IMG/VR virus record: IMGVR_UViG_3300032295_000278 | Span: 1-30,298 of that record | DNA from: a virus | Lineage: Duplodnaviria > Caudoviricetes | Reading direction: 5' to 3' (one strand) | Length of the DNA: 30,298 nucleotides | Shown here: positions 8,420 to 15,721 of the stretch, one piece after another | Layout: the number at the start of each line of letters is the position of its first letter | Position numbering within the stretch: position 1 is the first letter of the stretch | Translations under genes and position numbers: made by a program | Notes under the pieces: generated by a model | What the model was told of the DNA's origin: nothing | What the model saw: only the letters and a program-made list of their open reading frames with translations | Databases searched by the model: none

Positions 8420-9071
8420 AATCAAAAATTGACGTCTGATTTACATCTGATTTTTTAATTATTCCTAAAGCTGTTTGTAGTATTGTTTTACCAGCTTCAT
8501 AGTCTACCAGATTACGAGCCATTTTTCGTACGCTTTGACTTCCTTTGTATTTAGTAAAATCATAGTCGTGATAATTTGACAAGGCCTCTATTAAATTTTT
8601 CGTCCTTGATAAATCAGGGTTTTTTCTTCCATTTAAATTATTTGGTAATGTAAAATTTGTCCAGTACAAATGCCTATCTCTTTGTTGTCCTTTAATCAAA
8701 GGTTCGTAATAAGGAATAACATTCTCCACACAATACTTACCTTTAAAAAAAGTGTCTAAAAAAATAATTTCCTGGTATAATTTCATGTCAGGATATTGCG
8801 GTCTCCAGCTTTCGCGTGTGTATTGGCTTATCTGTATTCTGCTATGCGTTGGACAAGGTGGTGAACTCCATATAAAATCAAAGTCTTTATAATGGTCTAA
8901 CAAGTATTGGTGTGCGTCCGCAACAATTACTATATCATTTGGAAACCTTTCTTGGTACAATCGTGCAGCTTCAGGGTCAAGTTCTATTGCTGTTATATCT
9001 AAATTGTCAGCAACCTCATCCCATTTGTAACGATTGCCACCTAAACAAGCGTATAAGTTTAAAATCTTCAT
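8409..9071 (-). CDS. C5-cytosine DNA methyltransferase-like protein (compact)
   Basis: Motif I LNLYACLGG, motif IV SPPC, motif VI ENV and motif VIII-like RDRH. It is only 220 aa. Confidence 0.75.
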   Translation of the reverse strand: MKILNLYACLGGNRYKWDEVADNLDITAIELDPEAARLYQERFPNDIVIVADAHQYLLDHYKDFDFIWSSPPCPTHSRIQISQYTRESWRPQYPDMKLYQEIIFLDTFFKGKYCVENVIPYYEPLIKGQQRDRHLYWTNFTLPNNLNGRKNPDLSRTKNLIEALSNYHDYDFTKYKGSQSVRKMARNLVDYEAGKTILQTALGIIKKSDVNQTSIFDYEM

Positions 9072-9082
9072 AGCGTTTTATT

Positions 9083-9337
9083 TTATAGCGTTATTGATTC
9101 CTCTATCCATTGACGAAAAGCAATCTGCAAATCTACTTGCTCTTTCCATACTTGCTCAGCGTGTGCTTCGTCTATTCGTAAAACTGAACGGTCAGTCTTG
9201 TGAATTTCTTGTAGTAGCATATTGGCTTTGTTTTTTAGTCCTTGTCGAAACACGGATTGGTCGTTTAAATCTTCGATGAAGTCTCCTAATACAGGGAGGA
9301 AAGCTGCTAATGCAACGAGTTTTTGTTCTTTAGTCAT
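9083..9337 (-). CDS. Hypothetical protein
   Basis: 84 aa, coupled to the upstream gene. Confidence 0.6.
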   Translation of the reverse strand: MTKEQKLVALAAFLPVLGDFIEDLNDQSVFRQGLKNKANMLLQEIHKTDRSVLRIDEAHAEQVWKEQVDLQIAFRQWIEESITL

Positions 9338-9636
9338 AATTGATTTTCTATTTGGTTATACTTTATTTGGTTTTCTAATTCTAATACTTTTTCTTGGAGC
9401 TTTATGTTTCGTCTTGCTAACTCCGTGTTTTCTCTGCTTATTGCTAATATGTGGTCACTTAGGTCAGTAAATGCCTGATAGGCTTCGAGTAGTTCTAATT
9501 CGCTTTGCTTTGCTCCATCTATGTAAGGCTTTGCGTTTGGTTTGTCTTTTTGTATTTGCTCTCTTGCTAATCTAATTCGTGTTCTGATAGATTCAATGTT
9601 AGCTTTGGTCTTTATGATTAGTAAGTACAAGTCCAT
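9334..9636 (-). CDS. Hypothetical coiled-coil protein
   Basis: 100 aa, helical, coupled to the helicase gene. Confidence 0.6.
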   Translation of the reverse strand: MDLYLLIIKTKANIESIRTRIRLAREQIQKDKPNAKPYIDGAKQSELELLEAYQAFTDLSDHILAISRENTELARRNIKLQEKVLELENQIKYNQIENQL

Positions 9637-10589
9637 TAGAATTGAGTTTGGTTGTTTACAGGTGTCCTATTAGCGTAAATACGGTTGCCTTTGAAGTCGA
9701 GCATATAGTATTGGTATCTATCAACATCCAAATATAACTTATAAATTCCGTTTTTTGATACGCCTTTAGGTTTACTCTTGGCAATCTTTAAATGCACTTC
9801 GTTTGGTTCAGCTCCGATTCCGTTCTCATCTGCTAAATGCTGAGGAGGTCTCCACGGTATTAAGACACTAAGGCCTTTTCTGAACCATACCTGACCACCG
9901 GCAAAGTCTCTTGCACTTGGCATTGGAAAATAACTGATGTCAGTTCCTGCCATTGTCTTGCCATTTACCATAGGTTGGTCTCTTACGTGATTAATGATGC
10001 AGTTATGACGATTCGTTTTTCTTGCGTTTTTACGAGCAAGGCCTAAAATCCTACTCAGGTACTTATCCTCTCGGCCTAAATCGGATGGTATAAACTCCTC
10101 AGTCAATTCATTCCACGGGTCAATAGTAGTAGTATGGATAGTGATTTGTTCTTTGCGTTCAATCTCATCAACTAAATCATAGAACTTAGTAATGGTCAAA
10201 TCCTCGTCAATAGGGTCAATAACTATAAAATGCTGATTTACGAACATTTCAGCTCTTACTTGCTCTCCATTTGTCATTGAGCTTTGTCCTTGTACGTATG
10301 GTTTACCGATATACTTATAGCATAACTCTGCAAATATCTCAGCACTACTTCCTGTTTCAGGTGAAAAAACAACGTGATTCCATCCGTGTAAACAAGATAA
10401 GTTGATTAGAAACTCAAACCATAACTCCGTCTTTCCTGATGCAGGTGCTGCACCTATGTAAGTTGTAGTTCCCTCTTTAATTGTATAAGGAAGCATATTC
10501 CAATCCCAACCTATTGATTTACCTCTGACGTCTTTTTGTTGACGTACCGCAAACATTTCTGCGTTTAAGTCCGTTAGTCTTTTGTACAT
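9636..10589 (-). CDS. DnaB-like (SF4/RecA-fold) replicative helicase
   Basis: Walker A GAAPASGKT, FSPE, Walker B TIDPWN, and arginine-finger region 'IAKSKPK'. It follows the initiator. Confidence 0.8.
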   Translation of the reverse strand: MYKRLTDLNAEMFAVRQQKDVRGKSIGWDWNMLPYTIKEGTTTYIGAAPASGKTELWFEFLINLSCLHGWNHVVFSPETGSSAEIFAELCYKYIGKPYVQGQSSMTNGEQVRAEMFVNQHFIVIDPIDEDLTITKFYDLVDEIERKEQITIHTTTIDPWNELTEEFIPSDLGREDKYLSRILGLARKNARKTNRHNCIINHVRDQPMVNGKTMAGTDISYFPMPSARDFAGGQVWFRKGLSVLIPWRPPQHLADENGIGAEPNEVHLKIAKSKPKGVSKNGIYKLYLDVDRYQYYMLDFKGNRIYANRTPVNNQTQF

Positions 10590-11194
10590 CAGTCAATAAT
10601 TTGGCGTTGAACATTAATTACTATCTCGTTAATATATGGAAGCGTATTTAAGAGAGTTGACTTCCAATTTGTAATCGGTTGCAATTTACCACTTCTATTT
10701 ATACACCAATCATTTTCTTTCCAACTATCGTATTTAAGTCTTAAATCTTGCTGATTAACTTTAGGTTTCTTTTCTAAAGCATAAGCTAAAAACTCAGAAA
10801 ATTCAGGTATAGTTTTATTCTTTATTTCTTTACTTTCTTTAGTTGTTGCCCTTGGCTTGCCCGTTTGTTTGCCATCTTTGTCGAACTCAATTTGCAATTT
10901 GTCCCATTTTACAAGGCTTACAGCTTGCCATTTGTTTGTCGTGTAGCGTGTCACTTCTTTAGACATTTCTAACTTATCCATTGCAGTACGAATTTGCTTG
11001 ACCGAAAGGCCTATTTCTTTAGCCAAGTTTTCCCAACTTGTAACGATTGTACCCGCCTTTATTGTTTGCCCTTTCCAAGTCCTATCTTCATAGTTTACGG
11101 ATAAAAGCAAATGCAATAGCAAGCGAGTTGCGTTGTGGTCATCATACCACTCCCAATCTTTTAGGCTGCGATGTAATTTAATCCAACCGCTCAT
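10589..11194 (-). CDS. Replication initiator (lambda O/replisome-organiser-like)
   Basis: 'GWIKLHRSL..WEWY' N-terminus, winged HTH 'LAKEIGLSVKQIRTAMDKL', a repetitive linker and an 'ITNWKS' C-domain. Confidence 0.78.
   Translation of the reverse strand: MSGWIKLHRSLKDWEWYDDHNATRLLLHLLLSVNYEDRTWKGQTIKAGTIVTSWENLAKEIGLSVKQIRTAMDKLEMSKEVTRYTTNKWQAVSLVKWDKLQIEFDKDGKQTGKPRATTKESKEIKNKTIPEFSEFLAYALEKKPKVNQQDLRLKYDSWKENDWCINRSGKLQPITNWKSTLLNTLPYINEIVINVQRQIID
10811..10882. other. Putative replication origin inside the initiator gene
   Basis: TTGCC at 10846, 10857 and 10869 and TTGTC at 10878, next to an AT-rich tract with TTCTTTA x3. This is the lambdoid ori layout. Confidence 0.45.
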
Positions 11195-11366
11195 TGCAAA
11201 TAACTTGTAGTTGTTTAATTAATTTACGAGCTTGTTTAGTGTCAATACAAACAGTATTTTCTACATCATCTTGGATTATCGTAAAGCAAATAAAAGCTCC
11301 ATTCGTTATGTTTAATGTATCATCATCATTAAACTGACATTCCAAACTTAATAAATCTTTATTCAT
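11178..11366 (-). CDS. Hypothetical protein
   Basis: Likely starts at 11366 (MNKDLL); the annotated start 11417 lies inside the RNA hairpin. Confidence 0.55.
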   Translation of the reverse strand: MNKDLLSLECQFNDDDTLNITNGAFICFTIIQDDVENTVCIDTKQARKLIKQLQVICNERLD

Positions 11367-11386
11367 AATATGAATTTTTAGGTAAC

Positions 11387-11478
11387 AAAAAAGCCTCATA
11401 AATCCATCGGGTCTCACTTCGATTTCATTATAAGGCTTAAATAATTCCTCTTGGTTCTATGGTGTGAGACCGAACCGT
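11387..11478 (-). ncRNA. Structured leader/attenuator: two hairpins with complementary loops, the second an intrinsic terminator
   Basis: A GGTTC/GAACC stem has loop GGTCTCAC. An AAGCCTTATAA/TTATGAGGCTT stem plus T tract has loop GTGAGACC. Confidence 0.65.
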
Positions 11479-11481
11479 GTA

Positions 11482-11489
11482 CAAGTATA
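11482..11489 (-). promoter_or_regulatory. Putative -7 promoter element for the replication operon
   Basis: TATACTTG (one mismatch to TAnnTTTG) lies immediately 5' of the structured leader. Confidence 0.45.
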
Positions 11490-11501
11490 ACGATTATTTC
11501 G

Positions 11502-11903
11502 TCATTTAGTTGCTTTTGTTGAAAACTCTCCGTTTCTTATTCGTTCTTGAAGACTGCATAGCTCGAAGTAGTTTTGGCATTTTAAGACTGCTTCTTCGAT
11601 TTTACTCAGCTTAGAAATAGACGGAGTCAGATACAAGAAGTCTTCAAATTCTACTATGTAAGAAGATACGTAATCTAAGAATACTGCATCTTTCTTGATG
11701 CTATTGTACAAGTTCAATCCGTTTATGATTGTAGCGTGAGTCCTATTAAATAGCTCTCCGGTTTTTGTCAATGAGTATCCGTGTTTTTGCATTAGGTGGT
11801 AAATAAATGCTCTCTGATAAACCATCTGCTGAGCTCTGCATTCTGAGTCAAGCTCGTCTCGTTTTATGACCTCTTTGACTTTCTCTAATAGTTGCTCTCT
11901 CAT
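11502..11903 (-). CDS. DNA-binding protein with a DnaA C-terminal-like HTH
   Basis: 'SLTKTGELFNRTHATIING' resembles the DnaA domain IV signature SL..IG..F.RDH.TV. Confidence 0.6.
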   Translation of the reverse strand: MREQLLEKVKEVIKRDELDSECRAQQMVYQRAFIYHLMQKHGYSLTKTGELFNRTHATIINGLNLYNSIKKDAVFLDYVSSYIVEFEDFLYLTPSISKLSKIEEAVLKCQNYFELCSLQERIRNGEFSTKATK

Positions 11904-12571
11904 AAAAATAAGTTTTGTTGATTAGTATGGTTTTTTATTCTTTGCACCGCCTTTTCATAGTATTCGGAGTCAAGTTCACAAGCCGTTAAGTCAAAGCCAT
12001 AGTCGTGGCAGGCTATTGCAATACTTCCGCTTCCTAAATGTGTGTCAAGTATTTTGTCGCCTTGTTTTGCGTACTTATCAAGAAGCCATTTGTAAAGTTC
12101 TCTTGGTTTTTGTGTCGGGTGTATTTTGCTTTCTGCCTTTGTATTACCTTGAAGTCCTCCATAATATTGAAAATCAAAACAATTTGCTGGTTTGTTAAAT
12201 GAAGTCCAAGCTAACTCGCCTTTACTAAAATTATCAACTGGCTGATGTTTATACCAAAAAACAAAACCCTTACAGCCATTTTCCCATAAATACGGAAAAT
12301 AATTACCTCCCCATACAATTTGGTTTTGAGAAACTCTAAATAGTTCTTTAAAATAATCATCGTTTGGTATTGAATCATCCCAGTCATCTTGCTTGTATTT
12401 ATTTGCCTTATACCTAACTCCATTTGAATCTTTATTGGTTCTATTAAACTCTCCAAAATTTATTCCGTAGGGCGGGTCAACTATTGCAAGTTCAAAATAC
12501 TTGTCAGGATAACGTGCCATTAACTGCATATTGTCCTCGTTTGTAATTGTTATTTTGTCGGTTACTTTCAT
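11900..12571 (-). CDS. N6-adenine/N4-cytosine DNA methyltransferase (beta class)
   Basis: DPPY precedes HPTQKP and the SAM-binding LDTHLGSGS. Confidence 0.9.
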   Translation of the reverse strand: MKVTDKITITNEDNMQLMARYPDKYFELAIVDPPYGINFGEFNRTNKDSNGVRYKANKYKQDDWDDSIPNDDYFKELFRVSQNQIVWGGNYFPYLWENGCKGFVFWYKHQPVDNFSKGELAWTSFNKPANCFDFQYYGGLQGNTKAESKIHPTQKPRELYKWLLDKYAKQGDKILDTHLGSGSIAIACHDYGFDLTACELDSEYYEKAVQRIKNHTNQQNLFL

Positions 12572-12714
12572 ATTTCCGTTAGTTTAAATTTACCGTCATT
12601 GTATCTTCCTGTTTCTATCAAGTCCATCTTTTTCCAATAGCATAGACTCTTTGATGTGAATATCCACTCTTGCACCGTAACAAGTCCTACGTGGTATGTT
12701 AGTTTAAATCTCAT
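12568..12714 (-). CDS. Small hypothetical protein (48 aa, not in the ORF track)
   Basis: MRFKLTYHVGLVTVQEWIFTSKSLCYWKKMDLIETGRYNDGKFKLTEI fills the gap and has an ATGA overlap with the MTase. Confidence 0.6.
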   Translation of the reverse strand: MRFKLTYHVGLVTVQEWIFTSKSLCYWKKMDLIETGRYNDGKFKLTEI

Positions 12715-13267
12715 CTTTAAATAATTTTAATTGCTTGTCATATTCTTCAACAGTCATAAGTTTACTAAATGAAATAAACGAACCTAACAAATGCGCATCA
12801 AATTCGTTTTTTCCTCGTTTACCTAACATTAAATAACCGTCTCTAATAACTACATTTCTAACATCCATTTTAGCCAATGGCAATAACCAAATATGCGCTT
12901 TTTGTTTTAACTTATCAAAGTATTCAATAGAATTTAAAATTTTTAAATATGTCGGAGATGCGTAATAATATGATGCTCTAACAAAATAATAATCTGGATT
13001 CATTGCAAATTGAACATCAAATTGATTTAAAATTAAATCATCCCTTTGTTTACTAATTCTCATTTCTATATACTTATTAGTATCTATTTTTTCTTTAGCC
13101 ATCATATTGTATGCTTCAATATCATAATTTATGTCTTTAATATAAATTTGAATTTGAGCATCGACTCCTCCAATTAGTTTATTTGGTTGTCTATAATCAA
13201 AATAATTATCTTTTAATTTACAAACACGTTTAAACGTTTCGTTATCTTTTTCTAATAGGTATCTCAT
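12704..13267 (-). CDS. Hypothetical AT-rich accessory protein
   Basis: 187 aa, visibly more AT-rich than its neighbours, with no recognised motif. Confidence 0.6.
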   Translation of the reverse strand: MRYLLEKDNETFKRVCKLKDNYFDYRQPNKLIGGVDAQIQIYIKDINYDIEAYNMMAKEKIDTNKYIEMRISKQRDDLILNQFDVQFAMNPDYYFVRASYYYASPTYLKILNSIEYFDKLKQKAHIWLLPLAKMDVRNVVIRDGYLMLGKRGKNEFDAHLLGSFISFSKLMTVEEYDKQLKLFKDEI

Positions 13268-13371
13268 AGCGTGTTGATTTTAATTTCGCAAATTCGGTTA
13301 TAAAGGTCAAAGTCGAAGTTATCCCAATAACGATTCAACTGATAGTTTCTAAACAAACCAAGACTCCTCAT
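13264..13371 (-). CDS. Small hypothetical protein
   Basis: Probably only the last 35 aa (MRSLGLFRNYQLNRYWDNFDFDLY...) of the 87-aa track ORF; the rest overlaps the upstream gene. Confidence 0.4.
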   Translation of the reverse strand: MRSLGLFRNYQLNRYWDNFDFDLYNRICEIKINTL

Positions 13372-13660
13372 CGTCAAAGTGTTCATAGTTGTAGCACTCT
13401 TCGCAGAACTCGTGAAATTGTCCATCTCTTGCTGCGTTAAGAAGTTCTGATATTGCATTTTCTGCTTCGTTGATGGTAAGGTTGCCTGTCCATCTTGTCG
13501 TTTCGATTTTAAATTCATCTCTTTCATTTATTTTATCAAAGTCATAATGTAGCTCTACCATTCCAATATGTGAATCGTCTTCAGTTCTAAAGATGTTCAC
13601 ATCTAATAAGCGATTGTAGCTACTTGTATCGCCCTCTTCAAAGTAAAATTTATTTGCCAT
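13349..13660 (-). CDS. Acidic hypothetical protein
   Basis: Likely start 13660 (MANKFY). Very D/E-rich with a C-terminal CEEC. Confidence 0.6.
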   Translation of the reverse strand: MANKFYFEEGDTSSYNRLLDVNIFRTEDDSHIGMVELHYDFDKINERDEFKIETTRWTGNLTINEAENAISELLNAARDGQFHEFCEECYNYEHFDDEESWFV

Positions 13661-13898
13661 ATTTTCTATTATAAACTCCTTGTGCATATTTAGACCAATC
13701 ACCTTTCAATTCGTAGGTCTGTTTTTCTAATTGTGTATTCTCCGTCTTTACGTCAAGTACAGGAGGTGTGTTTGTAGCACATAGCCAAATAATGATTGAT
13801 GCTATCGGTACAAAAAAGATTGCGAAGTGTCTAAACACGTTCTTATCTTCCTCTTCGAGCTCTTTCCACTCTGCTTTGATTTCGTTAAATGTTATCAT
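13650..13898 (-). CDS. Single-pass membrane protein
   Basis: Hydrophobic segment FAIFFVPIASIIIWLCA. Confidence 0.6.
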   Translation of the reverse strand: MITFNEIKAEWKELEEEDKNVFRHFAIFFVPIASIIIWLCATNTPPVLDVKTENTQLEKQTYELKGDWSKYAQGVYNRKYGK

Positions 13899-14073
13899 TT
13901 TCGTTTAAATTTAGTTCTACAATATATGATAAGTCTGCTGCGGTTACGTATCTTGCACGAGCCATCTTGGTCGCTTCGTGTTCAATTCCAAATACCGTCT
14001 CAGCGTTCTTTAATGCTCCCCAAAGTTTCTCTTGTTCTTGGTTTAGCATCTTAATTAATTCTTGTTTTTTCAT
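13885..14073 (-). CDS. Hypothetical protein, first gene of the early operon
   Basis: 62 aa, just downstream of a consensus promoter. Confidence 0.65.
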   Translation of the reverse strand: MKKQELIKMLNQEQEKLWGALKNAETVFGIEHEATKMARARYVTAADLSYIVELNLNENDNI

Positions 14074-14087
14074 AGCGTTTGTTTAAA

Positions 14088-14126
14088 TGTTATATGCAAA
14101 TATAAACACTTATTCGTAATTATCAA
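14088..14126 (-). promoter_or_regulatory. Early promoter (Bacteroidota housekeeping sigma)
   Basis: TTG(14126-14124)-N19-TATATTTG(14104-14097), with an upstream A-tract. Confidence 0.8.
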
Positions 14127-14168
14127 CAAAAGGTTGCAAATTTTTTTAAATTTTTTTTTGAAGAGCAT

Positions 14169-14193
14169 AAAAAAGCCCCCAATTAAGGAGGCT
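14169..14193 (-). terminator. Intrinsic terminator ending the late operon and candidate sRNA
   Basis: AGCCTCC-TTAATTG-GGGGCT hairpin followed by a T tract. Confidence 0.8.
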
Positions 14194-14220
14194 CTTACGC
14201 TATGTGTAGTGGTTAGGTGT
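14169..14220 (-). ncRNA. Candidate ~50-nt small RNA antisense to early-gene start codons
   Basis: The -7 element TATATTTG is at 14229-14222, followed by ...CCACTACA-CATAGCGTAA-G and the terminator. The seed is the reverse complement of ACGCTATG, found at four gene starts. Confidence 0.5.
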
Positions 14221-14229
14221 ACAAATATA

Positions 14230-15267
14230 CTAAAAAATGTGAGTTAATCTCGCTACTTGGCCAAATTCTTTATGGTGAATGAAGCCCTCAACTGCTTTAG
14301 GAACGTGTGCGTAACCGTTTCTATGATGCCAAGAGTCCGTTCCTGATGGACTTCTAAGCGATTCTACCGTGACTCCGATGTAATCTTTACTTGTTTTATG
14401 GTGTACGTGATGCGTATAAACGTAGCGATGTTTAGTTTCTGACCATTCTAAAGGAAACTCAGTAGCCATTAATAAAGGTAAGTCTTGATGTTTCGCTCCG
14501 TCTCCGTGAGTCGTGCCGATAAGGTTCTTTCCGTATTGGAAACTTTTTCTATGTGCAATAGAACAATCAAAAGTAATGTTCTTGCAGTCTCTAAACCAAG
14601 TCTGAATAACGTCAGCAAGAAAGAAACCGTGTGTATAATCGTGATTAGAGGGATTGAAAGTGAAATGAACATCAGCCAACCCAATAAGTTTTTCAAGAAT
14701 TTCGACATAGAGTTTTTTAGCGATTAAGAAATTAGAGTACCACATACCATCCGTATCTTGTGGAGTTCCTGAAGTTGTAGTCCGTCTTGGAGTATCGATG
14801 TGTAAGATATCGTTTCCGCCTATAAATAGAATCTTGTCTATATGAAACCCACTTGCTTTATCTATAATGCCTTGCACGCCCTCTAAGACTCTTTGTACTG
14901 CTATTTGATTGTTATATACTTCTCCTACCTCAAAAGCATCGCAGAGCTTTCCTATGTGGATGTCAGCAGGGTCTATTACTAATAAGTGTCCGTCTTTTTG
15001 CTCATTTCGTTGCAAATTAGGATACATCGGAACGTGTCTGCTGATTTCATCTAAGATACTCGTGCGAATGTTCTCGTAGTTCTGCTCTTCCTGTTCCTTG
15101 AAGTTTGGATTCTTAAAGAAAAGTGAAGCGTTTTTTGATTTTAGCCATCCGTGTTTTACGTCTTTGTCATCTAAGCCAAGTCCGTTGGATTCAAGTTTGA
15201 TTGCTCGGTAGGAATTTAAAATTTCAATCTCATCGTCTTGCAATCTAAAGCGTGTTTGTTTATTCAT
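14230..15267 (-). CDS. Calcineurin-like metallophosphoesterase
   Basis: Metal-binding motifs DIHIG, GGNDILH, SNHD, HGD and HHVHH appear in order. Confidence 0.8.
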   Translation of the reverse strand: MNKQTRFRLQDDEIEILNSYRAIKLESNGLGLDDKDVKHGWLKSKNASLFFKNPNFKEQEEQNYENIRTSILDEISRHVPMYPNLQRNEQKDGHLLVIDPADIHIGKLCDAFEVGEVYNNQIAVQRVLEGVQGIIDKASGFHIDKILFIGGNDILHIDTPRRTTTSGTPQDTDGMWYSNFLIAKKLYVEILEKLIGLADVHFTFNPSNHDYTHGFFLADVIQTWFRDCKNITFDCSIAHRKSFQYGKNLIGTTHGDGAKHQDLPLLMATEFPLEWSETKHRYVYTHHVHHKTSKDYIGVTVESLRSPSGTDSWHHRNGYAHVPKAVEGFIHHKEFGQVARLTHIF

Positions 15268-15704
15268 AGAGTATATTTAGAGAACTTGAGCAGCCATTTT
15301 GTTAAGAATCCTGCTCCAAATCCTATTACGAATAGCCAAAGGTTAGGATTTTTTTTGGATTTTCGCTCATTTTTATACTTAATTACCTCAACTTTCTCTA
15401 TAAGTCGAAGCGTATCTCTCTTTAGTTTATACTCAATACGTGTCTCAAATCGTGTTTTAGGCACGAAAGAACGCTTGTAACGAATGATTGTATCTTTTTG
15501 AACTATTACCCTTTCCCAAGCGATAGAGTCTCTTAAAACGTACGGAATTGAGTCTATTGTCGATATGGTAATTGTGTCGCTAATTTCGTCACATTGGTAT
15601 CCTTTCTTGATAGCTTTTCTGACGTGGTAATTAGCCGAGCAACTTGTCACAATTATTGCCAAAATTAGTGACAAAATAAGGGTATAACCTGAAAGTTTTT
15701 TCAT
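15264..15704 (-). CDS. Putative unimolecular spanin
   Basis: Lipoprotein signal (...ILAIIVTSC) plus C-terminal TM helix (LWLFVIGFGAGFL), downstream of the endolysin. This is the T1 gp11 architecture. Confidence 0.6.
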   Translation of the reverse strand: MKKLSGYTLILSLILAIIVTSCSANYHVRKAIKKGYQCDEISDTITISTIDSIPYVLRDSIAWERVIVQKDTIIRYKRSFVPKTRFETRIEYKLKRDTLRLIEKVEVIKYKNERKSKKNPNLWLFVIGFGAGFLTKWLLKFSKYTL

Positions 15705-15721
15705 TTTGTAAGGGTATAACT

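Noticed and set aside
7543-9071. Nuclease plus C5 MTase as a restriction-modification pair
   Set aside because: They are separated by ninG, the nuclease call is weak, and both gene types occur singly in phage early regions.
14197-14216. Plus-strand ACGCTATG-TGT-AGT-GGT-TAG as a mini-gene (MCSG*)
   Set aside because: It is only four codons, and the flanking promoter and terminator both point along the minus strand, which favours the antisense-RNA reading.
12211-14708. Nested minus-strand ORFs 12211..12456 and 14469..14708
   Set aside because: They lie wholly inside motif-supported genes in another frame, with no slippery site or coupling signal.
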